Shown: positions 40,965 to 53,812 of the stretch, piece after piece | How positions within the stretch are numbered: position 1 is the first letter of the stretch | Layout: every line of letters starts with the position of its first letter | Assembly (NCBI GenBank): GCA_951406725.2 | Contig: OX597839.1 | Span: 20,584,001-20,648,000 of the forward strand | DNA length: 64,000 nt | Source of the DNA: Octopus vulgaris | Taxonomy: Eukaryota | Direction: 5' to 3' | Notes under the pieces: generated by a model | What the model saw: the letters and a program-made list of their open reading frames with translations, nothing else | Told to the model about the DNA's origin: nothing | Database searches by the model: none | Made by a program: the position numbers and the translations under genes

Positions 40965-41756
40965 TCAGTTTAATCGCCTTATTTATTTATCGCTGTCAAA
41001 ATGAAATGACTTCATTCGATGCATGTGTATGCGCGCATGCGTCTGTATGTGACTTCCCTCTCTTCCTCTGTGTACGTGTGTGTGTGTGTGTGTGTTTACG
41101 TATATTTGAATGTATCTTTTATAAAAAATTAAAAAATAATATATAAAACCCTGCTTTCTGTGTAACGTTCTGTGTTTCCAATGCAACATTAATATTAGTT
41201 TTCGAATATTTTTTGGTGCATCATCCCTTTTTGTCAGCGTCATCCCGTCCCTTCGTCTTTATATCCTCTCCTCATGTTAATCATCATGGCCGCCACCGTG
41301 ATCGTGGGCGGCAGCGGCGGCGGCGGTGGCATTTGTGTCTGCGTCAGCGTCATCAGAACACAACCTTGTGACAATTACCAATATGATTTCTTTTGTCTGG
41401 AACTGTTTGCCGAAGCCTTAGCTCTTAGCTTGGCGCTGCTTTTACCATTTACCTCTTCCCCCTTATTCCTCTTTGTCTAGTTTGCCATTGTCGCCGCCGC
41501 CATCACAACCACATCGTTCTTTCGCCCCCCTCTCTCTCTCTCTCTTATCGACAGCACCACCACCACCACCACCTCCTCTCCGCTTTTCCTCCTCTTCTCT
41601 TTTCAAGAATACTCTTCGACGACTCTTGTATTATTATTCCTTCTTATTTAAAATAACATTCCTTCTCGGACTATTGTCATATCCATCGCCAGCATATGTA
41701 CATCCTCCTCTTCTCTCCTCCTCTCCTGCCTCCTCCTCCTCATCATACACATCGTC

Positions 41757-41779
<23 letters not shown>

Positions 41780-41791
<12 letters not shown>

Positions 41792-41839
41792 TTATCATCA
41801 TATATATCGTCATATACATCCTTATCATCATCATCTTTG

Positions 41840-41880
<41 letters not shown>

Positions 41881-42246
41881 TCTATTATGTTCATCATCAC
41901 TTTCGCCATCATCATCATCATCATCATCTCTATTATGTTCATCTCTATTATGTTCATCATCACTTTCGCCATCATCGTCATCATCGTCATCATGTCCAGC
42001 ATCGTATTCAGCCGCATCACCACCGGCATCATCGACGTCTTCACCATCCGTATTATCGTCGTCCTCATTATCATCACCATCAGTATCATCAGAAAAATCA
42101 CTATCGTCAGCATCATCATCATCATGACCATCTTCACAACCATCTTCATTCATCCACGACAACAATAGCATCACGACCATTTCCTAATCATCTTTATCTT
42201 CTTGTGTCGTTGCTTCTTTTGTTAAGGCCACCATCACTAACTTCAT

Positions 42247-42278
<32 letters not shown>

Positions 42279-42428
42279 GCTTTGACACCATAGCCATCAT
42301 CATCACCATTGCCATCATTTTCATACTGATGATGATGATGATCATCATCATCATTTCCCTCCTCTTCATCACCATTTTGCTATCATCTTCATTATCGTCA
42401 TCACCATTGCTGTCGTAGTCGTCTTTTG

Positions 42429-42461
<33 letters not shown>

Positions 42462-42660
42462 TATCTGCATTTGCATCGCCACCATCATCCCCACCACCAC
42501 CACCATCATCATCAACATCATTATCATCATTGTCCGCCCCCCCCCCTTCACCGCTTCCCCATCAAGATGATCTTCACCTTCATAAGCATCTGCATCACCA
42601 CCACCACCACCACCACCCACCACCACCACCACTATCACTGCCAGCATCACCATTATGATG
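41780..42660. repeat. degenerate (CAT)n/(CAC)n low-complexity region
   Basis: Direct reading. Confidence 0.85.
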
Positions 42661-42742
42661 GTCGTTACCATTTCCAAGATGTAGCATTATATGTTTCATG
42701 TTGGCGGTAAAACGTCCGAAATCCGAGCAAATTAGTTAGTGC

Positions 42743-42791
<49 letters not shown>

Positions 42792-43207
42792 GGCATCAAA
42801 TAATTCAATAATTCTTCGAAATGGCAGATAAGAAGACTTTGAAGACCGTAGAAACGTTGATGGCAATGAAGACGTTGTGGTTGCTCTAAAGAAACGGTAA
42901 AGAACCAACAAGGCAATATGAGAAAGAAGAACGATTTCAATAAAAATAAAGCATGCGCACAATCGTGTTTCCAATTTATGATTGCTTTAATCCCCCACCC
43001 ACCCACACACAAACACTGTATTTTCGTTACTTGCAAGTCAATTCCGAAGAATATTTTTTGTTCTTGAAAATTATCTTCTGTGTTCTCCAAGTCGGTCGCA
43101 ATTGCTTCAAGGCATTTGTTTTGTTTGCCCTCTTCAGAAGTGAAAACAATCTCAGTAAATTTAAGCACTTACGTTGTATGATAATTAATATACCTTTATT
43201 CATCCTT

Positions 43208-43455
43208 GTGGATGCGCGTGGCTTAGTGGTTAGAGTGTTGGACTCATGATCTTAAGATTGTGGTTTCGATTCCTGGACCGGGCGATGTGTTGTGTTCTTG
43301 AGCAAAATATTTCCTTTCACGTTGCTCCAGTCCACTCAGCTGGCAAAACATATGAGTAACCCTGCGACGGACCGGCGTCCCATCCAGGTGGGGAATTTCT
43401 ACGCCACTGAAACCGGGATACCGGCCCTTAACAGCCTGGCATGGCTCGAGAAGGA
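43208..43455 (+). mobile_element. SINE family C monomer
   Basis: gcgcgtggcttagtggttagagtgttggactcatgatc...gtttcgattcctggaccgggcg...ccactcagctggcaaaa. Confidence 0.85.
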
Positions 43456-43849
43456 AACATTTCTTTTTTTTTTCTTTATTCAACCTTATATATGTACATA
43501 TGTATGTGTCTCCATGTATTTAGATAGATAGATGATAGATAGATAGATAGATAGATAGATACATACATACATACATGCATACATACATACGTACATACAT
43601 ACATACATACATACATACATACATACATACATACATGTGCACATGCATACATACATACATATATACATACATACATACATACATACACACACACTGTATA
43701 TGTCATAGATTTTTTTAGAAACGGAAATTAGTTTCTCGCGATTCATTTTTCACGCCTGACGATCGCTCTGGCACGAAACTCGAACGGTAAGAAATGATTT
43801 CAGTTAGAAACGGACATGTACCCTAGAACGTATATCTTATACTCCATTC

Positions 43850-43916
<67 letters not shown>

Positions 43917-43919
<3 letters not shown>

Positions 43920-44113
43920 GTTCCAAACATGAAAACACAAAGAGAAAACACAATAACGTGAGGACGTGGACCAAGTATAGTGTTATTGGATGCTCAGGAA
44001 AGAAGGAGGGTTCAACGTTTCGAGCGGAGCTCTTCGTCAGAAACATAGGAAAAGGAAAGATCCAAAGAAGGGAAGACGGAGGAAAAAAATTTCCAACGGT
44101 ACACACGCGGTCA
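43917..44113 (-). mobile_element. short Penelope-like/retrozyme-like repeat, family 2
   Basis: Homologous to 13349-13530, with an extra ~30 bp. Confidence 0.6.
44010..44044 (-). ncRNA. minimal type-I hammerhead ribozyme motif (intact core)
   Basis: Minus strand gttt-CTGACGA-a-gagc tcc gctc-GAAACGTT-gaac. Confidence 0.7.
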
Positions 44114-44338
44114 TATATATGCTTTCAGGGCGAATGTTTGTTTCTTTTAATACGGCACCGTATTTTAGAATGGTTGTATACTGTCAATCTAACAAGAACG
44201 TGACAGTAGGGGGTACACCACCGCTGTATAGCCCTAGGAAGCATCGAACGCCTCCTGATAGCTTTGACACATTTTTTCCCTGTGTCCCTATATACATTTA
44301 CGAAGGGGAGACAAACACCCCCGGCCGCCGGAACTGCA

Positions 44339-44384
44339 TCTAGGGACACCGTGATTCAGGATCGTTGTCCTTCATCGGCCTAGA
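44339..44384 (-). ncRNA. hammerhead-like motif, family 3 (two core substitutions)
   Basis: Minus strand tctagg-CCGATGA-agga caacga tcct-GAATC acggt GTC-cctaga: perfect 6-bp stem I, 4-bp stem II, GUC triplet; U4C and A15.1U changes. Confidence 0.55.
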
Positions 44385-44465
44385 GTAGCAGACACCGGTC
44401 AGCTGGTGATATTTGCCTCGACTTCGTAATTGTATATATGTATATTCAGTGAAGTCTATTCACTG

Positions 44466-44666
44466 TACAATCCTGTAAATAATAATAATAATGGTATTTT
44501 TTATCTAAGTTTACAGCTTGTGGCGATCGCCGCGCAATGACTAAGAAAAACCTATCTATAATCACTACTGCAAGCAGCCTTCTTTTTTCTGTCAAGGGCT
44601 TATATGCCCCCTTCATTAGACTATTTTCCTTAGTCATTGCACGATGATCGCCATAAGCTTTAAGCA
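44466..44666. mobile_element. foldback MITE with long inverted arms
   Basis: agcttgtggcgatcgccgcgcaatgactaagaaaa ... ttttccttagtcattgcacgatgatcgccataagct are imperfect inverted repeats. Confidence 0.7.
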
Positions 44667-45252
44667 TATATATACACCCGTTCATACGCACATACTGCAT
44701 ACAGCCAGAGAGTGAAGAAACACATGTCAACCGGCTCCAATAATAAGGTTTTTGACTCGATTCGATAGCTAACGTTTGTATTTATAGGGGACAAGAAATC
44801 AAGGAATGAAAATGAAATAAATGAATAAATAAATAAATCTACGAGACGAATGACGGGAGAGAGAGAAAGAGAGAGAGAAACAAAAGGATTTTTCAAATTT
44901 TTTCTCCTTCCTCCATATTAATATTATTATTATTATTATTATTATTATTTCATTAAATACTCAACCCGTCTCCCCTACCCCCATCAGTCTCCCAGCTCCC
45001 TACATACATATGTACACGCATCGCAGTAATCGAAAATTTTAAAGCTGCCCCCCCACACACCCCGTTCCATTTTGAATTGTTTTTTTTTTTTGCTACATAA
45101 TTCGCCATTATTGTTGTTTTTATTATCGCCCTTGTTGTTTTCTTGTTATTGCCAAAAAAATCAGTTTCTCTTTTGTATGCTTATTTTTGATATTTATATT
45201 TATTCTTGTTATCATTATGTTTGTTATTGATGTTGCTATAGCTGTTGTTGGG

Positions 45253-45307
<55 letters not shown>

Positions 45308-45509
45308 ATCAAGTCACATTGGAGAATTGTATATTTTCATATGATTCATACAAATATTTGTAATGAAAGTAAAAACGAAACTCTCATTTACTCTCTCTCT
45401 CTCTCTCTCTCTCACTCAAACACACATTTGTACATATATATATATATATATATATACATACATATCAAAATATACATATATATGGATATACACATATATG
45501 TCTGGGTAC

Positions 45510-45510
45510 T

Positions 45511-45546
<36 letters not shown>

Positions 45547-45716
45547 GATGGAGAGATGGATGGATAGAGGGACAGATATAGATATATGGTTACATAGAGA
45601 GATATAGAATATATATATATATAGCTGAAGATAGATATATATATAGAGAGATAGATATTTATAGAGAGATAGATATATATTGAGAGATATAGATAGATAG
45701 ACATAGAGCGAGATAT

Positions 45717-45761
<45 letters not shown>

Positions 45762-46195
45762 TGAAGATGTATATATATAGAGAGATAGATATATATAGAG
45801 ATAGATAGATATATATTAGAGAGAGATAGATATATATAGAGATAGATAGATATATATTGAGAGATATAGATAGATATATATTGAGAGATATAGATAGATA
45901 TATATTGAGAGATATAGATAGATAGACATAGAGAGAGATATAGAATATATATATATATATAGATGAAGATATATATATAGAGAGATAGATAGATATATAT
46001 TGAGAGATATAGATAGATAGACATAGAGAGAGATAAAAACAGATATAGATAGATGGATAGAGAGATAGAGATAGATAGATAGATTGATAGATAGATATAT
46101 ATAGGTAGATGGAGCGATAAAGATAGACAGACAGATAGATGGATAGATAGCTAGATAGAGCGATAAAGATAGATAGATAGATAGATAGATAGAGG
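45510..46195. repeat. (GATA)/(GA)/(TA) compound tract
   Basis: Direct reading. Confidence 0.9.
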
Positions 46196-46572
46196 GATAT
46201 TGAACCCATGCACTCATAGAACACGTAATCGTGGGATAAGGGTGTGTGGTGACATTGTTTTCTGCTTGCTAATCACTCATATATTTACCAAAATAGTAAT
46301 CATAATCGCTTCTCATCCTCACCACCTTCCACCATGGCAACTACTTATTGCTCCCTCATCCCTTAAACTCCAACACATCCCTTCTACATTATGCTATTGC
46401 CCGTCTGCCTACCCTCGGCATCCTGGGACATAATTATAATAATTCTCAGTTTCATTATTGATCTCTTGGCCCCGTCCGGGGTCCATATAAGATTTTGTTG
46501 TTAAAAATTGATTTGCTGTAAATTGCTTATATCTTTACAATGTACAAAATATTTCAGCAATTTTCTAGACAA

Positions 46573-46730
46573 CGTGGTTGTGGTAAGAAGCTCGCTTCCC
46601 CACCACGTGGTCCTGGGTTCAGTCCCACTTGTGGCACATTGGGCAAGTGTCTTTTATCTATAGCATTGGGTCAGCCAAAGCTGTGAGAATGAATTTGGTA
46701 GACGGAAACTGGAAAAAACCCGTCGTATAT
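46573..46730 (+). mobile_element. SINE family B 5' half
   Basis: cgtggttgtggtaagaagc...tgggcaagtgtc...ggtagacggaaactg; ends at its internal microsatellite, where the SINE-A array begins. Confidence 0.8.
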
Positions 46731-46745
46731 ATATTTATATATATA

Positions 46746-47348
46746 CCTATTTCTTTACTACCCACAAGGGGCTAAACACAGAGAGGACAAACAAGGACAG
46801 ACAAACGGATTAAGTCGATTGTATCGACCCCATTGCGTAACTGGTACTTATTTAATCGACCCCGAAAGGATGAAAGGCAAAGTCGATCTCGGCGGAAGTT
46901 GAATTCAGAACGTAGCGGCAGACGAAATACCTATTTCTTTATTACCCACAAGGGGCTAAACACAGAGGGGACAAACAAGGACAGACATAGGTATTAAGTC
47001 GAATACATCAACTCCAGTGCGTAACTGGTACTTAATTTATCGACCCCGAAAGGATGAAAGGCAAAGTCGATCTCGGCGGAATTTGAACTCAGAACGTATA
47101 GGCAGACGAAATACCTATTTCTTTATTACCCTCAAGGGGCTAAACACAGAGGGGACAAACAAGGACAGACATAGGTATTAAGTCGATTACATCGAATCCA
47201 GTGCGTAACTGGTACTTAATTTATCGACCCCGAAAGGATGAAAGGCAAAGTCGATCTCGGCGGAATTTGAACTCAGAACGTATCGGCAGACGAAATACCG
47301 CTAAGCATTTCGTCCTGCGCGCTAACGATTCTGCCAGCTCGCCGCCTT
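46746..47348 (-). mobile_element. SINE family A tandem trimer
   Basis: One head (~47345) and three bodies/tails; junction gacgaaatacctatttcttt at ~46921 and ~47105. Confidence 0.92.
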
Positions 47349-47640
47349 AATGGCCGCCAATTAATAATGGATGTTCAACACCTTGTTGTTCTGTACATTG
47401 TAATGGTGTTGTGATTTCTACCCTTGCGGCTTATAATAACAACAGTACTGTCGCTGTTGTTGTTGTTATTGCTACGGCTATTGTTGATGTAGTTGTTGCT
47501 GTTTTTTCTTCTTTGATATTCTGACTCCTCATTCCCTCCGATGTCTTCTTTTAGATTCCTTCTTTGCCGTCTAAGACGAAATCGCTATATTTTCTCAGAG
47601 CTTCATCTCTCTGTACGGGTCTGTTATATGTATCTTAGCG

Positions 47641-47762
<122 letters not shown>

Positions 47763-47828
47763 CCATACACACATATATATATGCACATTTACACACACAC
47801 ACACACATATATATACATTTACATACAT

Positions 47829-47868
<40 letters not shown>

Positions 47869-47984
47869 TTACACATACATACATATATATATATACATTT
47901 ACACACATGCATCTATCTATCTATCTATATATATATATATACACACACACACACATACATACATGTATATATATATACATACAG

Positions 47985-48042
<58 letters not shown>

Positions 48043-48089
48043 TCACATACATACACACACGCACACACATGTATTATGTCTCTTTGTGT

Positions 48090-48120
<31 letters not shown>

Positions 48121-49334
48121 CGCCAGCGTGTGTTACTAAGTCCATTTACCGTCTATTATGTTCTAATGATACAAATATCGCTTTAAGATCTCTTTAGAGG
48201 TGACTCTACTCTGATATCAACATATCAATTTATCATCACTTCAAAGCGAGGTGTATACAACTTGTCTATACCGCTTATCTTAATTATCTCAATGCTAGAA
48301 TACTGATGCTTTATCTAGCCATTTACTATCTTACTTGCTTTCACTGTCTCTCCTTCACACACACACACACACCACACACAAACACACACACACACGTGTA
48401 TACTATACATTGTTATACATTATATATATTGTAATCACACGTCTCTTATGTTATATATATGTTGTATATAGAGATGTGTTATTCACTATGGATTGTATAT
48501 ATATATATATATATATATATAGATATTATAATGTGTAATATACACACACATAATATATAGTGTATAGTATGACAAAAATATACGTATGTGTGTGCCTGGC
48601 CTACTTATGTGTTACAACATAATCTACTATATATGTGGGTGTGATGTGTGTGTGTGGTATGTGTGTGTGATGTGTGTGTGTGGTATGTGTGTGGGTATGA
48701 TGTATGTGTGATGTATGTTGGTGTGTGTGTGTATGATGTGTGTGTGCGTATGATATATGTTAATGTGTGTATGTGTGTGATGTGTTTGTATGATGTGTGT
48801 GATGTGTGTGCATGATGTATGTTGGTGTGTGTGTGTGTGTATGATATGGTGTGCGTATGATTTATGTTGGTGTGTGTGTATATATATGTGTGGGAGGTGT
48901 ATATATGTATATATATATATGTTTGTGTGTGTGTGTGTATACATATATATGTATATACATGTGTGTGTATACACATATATATATATATATATGTGTAGGT
49001 GTGAGTGTATACATATATGTTTATACCTGTGTGTGGGAATATTCATATGTATATATATGTGTGTGTGGGTGTGTGTATACCTATATATGTATATACATGT
49101 GTGTATGTGTGGGTATGTGTGTATATACGTATATATGCATATACATGTGTGTGTGTGTGTGTTAACAAGGACAACAATTACAGTAATGTTCAGAAACTGC
49201 CTTACTAGCGAAACTCCGTTTATAATCACTTATTTGTCGGACCTACAGTTATAGTCACTTAAAATTCCAAAAGTTACTTCACTCTTCTCTGTCCTCGGTC
49301 GTAGGCTGCGTTTAGCTTCCTTTGTCCAGGAATA

Positions 49335-50095
49335 TTCTTTTCTACTCTAGGCACAAGGCCCGAAATTTTGGGGAAGCGGGGCAGTCGATTAGATCGACAC
49401 CAGTACGCAACTGGTACTTAATTTGTTGACCCTGAAAGGATGAAAGTAAAGTCGACTTTGGCGGAATTTGAACTCAGAACGTAACGGCAGACGAAATACC
49501 TATTTCTTTATTACCCACAAGGGGCTAAACACAGAGGGGACAAACAAGGACAGACATAGGTATTAAGTCGATTACATCGACCCCCAGTGCGTAAATGGTA
49601 CTTAATTTATCGACCCCGAAAGGATGAAAGGCAAAGTCGACCTCGGCGGAATTTGAACTCACAACGTAACGCAGACGAAATACCTATTTCTTTATTACCC
49701 ACAAGGGGCTAAACACAGAGGGTACAAACAAGGACAGACATAGGTATTAAGTCGATTACATCGACCCCAGTGCGTAACTGGTACTTAATTTATCGACCCC
49801 GAAAGGATGAAAGGCAAAGTCGACCTCGGCGGAATTTGAACTCACAACGTAACGCAGACGAAATACCTATTTCTTTATTACCCACAAGGGGCTAAACACA
49901 GAGGGGACAAACAAGGACAGACATAGGTATTAAGTCGATTACATCAACCCCAGTGCGTAACTGGTACTTAATTTATCGACCCCGAAAGGATGAAAGGCAA
50001 AGTCGACCTCGGCGGAATTTGAACTCAGAACGTAATGGCAGACGAAATACTGCTAAGCATTTCGCCCGGCGTGCTATCGTTTCTGCCAGCTCGCC
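49335..50095 (-). mobile_element. SINE family A tandem tetramer (3 A tails + terminal A' tail)
   Basis: One head (~50093), four bodies, identical junctions at ~49490, ~49675 and ~49857; the last body ends in the A' tail (ttctactctaggcacaaggcccgaaatttt). Confidence 0.92.
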
Positions 50096-50194
50096 ATTCG
50101 ATGCGCGTAAGTGTTATGCCATTCGTCGCTTCCTTGGAAGGAAGCCTGTCCCTTACAATTTTCATCCGTAGCACTTTTCAAAATCAGAAGAAAT

Positions 50195-50650
50195 AATTCT
50201 TTCTAATTTTGGCACAAGGCCAGCAATTTTGAGGGACAAAAGGAAGTCAATTACATCGACCTCAGTACTCCATTGGTACTTGTTTTAAGGCGGCGAGCTG
50301 CAGAAACGTTAGCACGCTGGGCGAAATGCTTAGCGGTATTTCGTCTGCCGTTACGTCCTCAGTTCAAATTCCGCCGAGGTCGACTTTGCCTTTCATCCGT
50401 TCGGGGTCGATAAATTAAGTACCAGTTACGCACTGGAGTCGATACCATCGACTTAATCCGTTTTTCTGTCCTTGTTTGTCCTCTCTGTGTTTAGCCCCTT
50501 GTGGGTAGTAAAGAAATAGGTACTTGTTTTATCGACCCCGTAAGTATGAGAGCCAAAGTCGACCTCGAGGGAATTTGAACTTAGAACGCAAAAGACGGAG
50601 TAAATGCAGCTTAGCATTTTGTCCGGCATGCTAACGAATCTCCCATTTCA
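50195..50650 (-). mobile_element. old SINE-A' copy interrupted by a nested SINE-A
   Basis: Host halves at 50195-50287 and 50519-50650 join into one A' element. Confidence 0.8.
50288..50518 (+). mobile_element. full-length SINE family A with 13-bp TSD
   Basis: ggtacttgtttta at 50275-50287 and 50519-50531. Confidence 0.9.
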
Positions 50651-50774
50651 CTGTGTTCGTAACAGTATCAGCTTCTAGTGATAACTGCCAAACAGAGTGT
50701 GACGCACGTCCTAACTAATTGGGTGACACACCCAAGGAGTCATAAAGCCTGCTGCCTCGTTTCCATACTCTTTC

Positions 50775-50817
<43 letters not shown>

Positions 50818-51029
50818 CTCTTTTGTTTCTCTCTCTCTCTATTTCTTTCTTTCTTTCTTTCTCAGATCACAACCTACCTTCTTAAACAAAGGGAAAGAAA
50901 ACATTAGAGTATGTAGTCCTAAATACCTCTAAAAAAGACGAGATGGTCACGGCTGGAAAATACCTTTGAACGTATTCGTTTCTCTACTCTATCAGGACTA
51001 ACCTGGAGCTAATCATCATCATTATTATC

Positions 51030-51214
51030 ATCGCTTGACAACCGATGCTGGTGTGTTTACGTCCCCGTAACTTAGCGGTTCGGCAAAAGAAGACCGATAG
51101 AAAAAGTACTAGGCTTACAAAGAATAAGTCCTGGGATCGATTTGCTCAACTAAAGGCGGTGCTCCAGCATGGCCACAGTCAAATGACTGAAACAAGTAAA
51201 AGAGAGTAAAGAGT
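51030..51214 (+). mobile_element. SINE family B 3' half
   Basis: atcgcttgacaaccgatgctgg...gaaacaagtaaaagagag. Confidence 0.85.
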
Positions 51215-51239
51215 ATAACGCTATCACTATCGTCGACAT

Positions 51240-51286
51240 TCTCATCATCATCATCACCATCAACATCATCATCGTCATTATCATCG

Positions 51287-51318
<32 letters not shown>

Positions 51319-51580
51319 GTTATCATCATTATCATCATCGTCATCATCGTCATCATCATCATCGTCATCATTATCATTATCATCGTCATCATCATCATTG
51401 TCATCATCATCATCATCATCATTATCATTGTCATCATCATCGTCATCATCATCATCGTCATCATTATCATCATCATCATTATCATCGTCATCATTATCAT
51501 TGTCATCATCATCATCATCATCATCATCATCGTCATCATCATTATCGTCATCGTCATCATCAAAGCCGTCATCATTATCC
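51240..51580. repeat. (CAT)n degenerate microsatellite
   Basis: Direct reading. Confidence 0.9.
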
Positions 51581-52296
51581 TCATCTACTACAACACTAAC
51601 AAACACCCACCTTCCGCTTCTATTTTTATTCCTCTACTCCTACAACACCTTTCTGTGGTGGGAGGAAACGATCGTGATTAGCCCTGGACTTTCATTTTTG
51701 TTTCTCAGCCTGCTTTTTCACCTCCCCCCTCTCTCTCTCCCCCTCTCTCTCTCCCCCCTCTCTCTCCCCCTCCTATTTCTCTCTTTTGCTTCCTTAGTTT
51801 TTTTATTTGTTTGTTTTGTCATACGTTGACGTCATTGGCCTTTATGTAGGTTATTTCTGCTCTCTGGCCTTCATCGCATCCCGGTAATACCACTTCGTTC
51901 CCCCCCCCCCCGCCACCTTCTATCCAATCACCTCCTCCACCCACTCCCTGTGCCCTGAGAAATACGGTCCAGTGGAGAGAACAAGGAAAATCCCGCAATA
52001 TTACAAAACAAAATGATAAAAATAAATAAATACAACAAAAAAAAGCAAGAATTCCCTATTAGGGGGTTTTGTGTGTTAAGAGGAGGGGTTCATCGTTCCG
52101 CATCACTGAATCTCATCAATAATGAAAAAACAATCAGCAAAAATAAAAAAAATGAAATGAGGAAAGAAAGACTGACCATCGTACATGTGCACGGTTCTGT
52201 TTGCTGGACAAGGTATTGATCGATGTAAGTTCACACTCGCATACATACATACATACACACACACTCATACGGGCGCGCGCACGAGCAGAAGTGTAT

Positions 52297-52327
<31 letters not shown>

Positions 52328-53029
52328 GCTAAGTTACTTGTTAAGTTTCTCTCTCTCTTTCTGTTTCTCGTTGGAAAGAGAAAGTAGTGAGTGCGCCGAG
52401 AGAGGTGAAAAGAGAGAGAGAAAAAATTATAAAGGGTAGTAAATTAAGAAAGATAAATAGCTATGTGGGACGTTTATGCAGTAGAATCGAGAGAGTGAAA
52501 GTATAGGAGCTATGGGTGACAGAAAGAGAAGAAGGAAGGAGAGATAAAGCAAGAGAGAGTTGTTCGTTAGTGACCCAATATTTAGGAAAGTAGACAACGA
52601 AATATGGGAAATGGTAGAAGGAAAATGGCTGAAGGAGCGAGAGATAAATAATCACTTTGTAAGTGTGTTCGGTCACAGAAAAGAATGGACCATAGAAATG
52701 AAAAGCTAAGTTGATCTCGGCGTGATTTGAACTAAGAACGTAAACATCCGTCAGAAATGCCGCTAAGCATTTTGTGCGACGTGCTAACGATTCTGTTAGC
52801 TTGCCGCTTTAGCCTTTAAGAATAGATCTGTTTCATATCGAAGGTGATCCGGAACTAAACACACACCAACCCATCATTCTTTTTCTTTTCAATTTAAACG
52901 CTATGTTAACTTGCAGTGAAGTGAAGATGAAGATGAAGGGCGGAAGCAAATTTTAATCTCACAATTTGATCCACATTAGACCCGCTATTATTATCCGTTT
53001 TAAATATCATTTATATTATTTAAAAAAAA

Positions 53030-53590
53030 AAAGGCCGCGATCTGACAGAATCGTTAACCACGCCGGACGAAATGTTTACTGGCATTTTCTTCTGCTTTCC
53101 GCCGAGGTTGACTTTACCATCCGTCCTCGCCGGGGTCGACTTTACCGTACGTCGTCCCCCAGGTCGACTTTACCGTCCGTCATCGCCGAGATGACTTTAC
53201 TGTCCGTCGTGGCCCAGGTCGACTTTACCATCCGTCGACACCGAGGTCGACTTTATCGTCCGTCGACACCGAGGTCGACTTTATCGTCTGTCGACACCGA
53301 GGTCGACTTTATCGTCCGTCGTCACCGAGGTCGACTTTACTGTCCGTTGTCGTCGAGGTCGACTTTACCGTCCGTCGTCACCGAGTTCGACTTTACCGTC
53401 CGTCGTCGCCGGGATCGACTTTACCGTCCGTCGTCGCCCAGGTCGACTTTTTTTCAACCTCTCCATGATCGACCTTGCCTTTCATCTTTTCAGTGTCGAT
53501 AAAATAACCACCAACAGAACACAGGGATCAATGTTCTCGCCTTACCCTCGCTTAAAATTGTTGGCCCTGTCTCCGAAATTAGAAAGAATT
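53030..53590 (+). mobile_element. SINE family A' with internal 28-bp minisatellite (~12-13 units)
   Basis: Head gacagaatcgttaaccacgccggacgaaatg; unit ccgaggtcgactttaccgtccgtcgtca at 53101-53450; then gccttt catc...gtcgataaaa and the A' tail. Confidence 0.85.
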
Positions 53591-53654
53591 ACTTTTATTG
53601 TCAATGAAAAAAAAGCAGGCAAAGTTTCCCCCTCCTATCATGCCGATTCATAAG

Positions 53655-53812
53655 GATCGGTTTTTCGGTTCGTCGTGGGATTACTCATTTTTGCCAGCTG
53701 AGTAAACTGAGCAACGTGAAATGAAGTATGTTGGCTCAAGAACACATCGCATTGCCCGGTCCAGGAATCAAAACCGCAATCTTACGATCAACACCCCTAA
53801 CCTCTAAGCCAC
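53655..53812 (-). mobile_element. SINE family C
   Basis: ttactcatttttgccagctgagt...gcccggtccaggaatc...cccctaacc. Confidence 0.8.

Noticed and set aside
42665-43168. 167-aa ORF in partly unique sequence
   Set aside because: It includes a (CA)n tract and has no recognisable domain or splice support.
52966-53502. Arg-rich protamine-like ORF
   Set aside because: It arises from the 28-bp minisatellite inside a SINE; the unit length is not a multiple of three.
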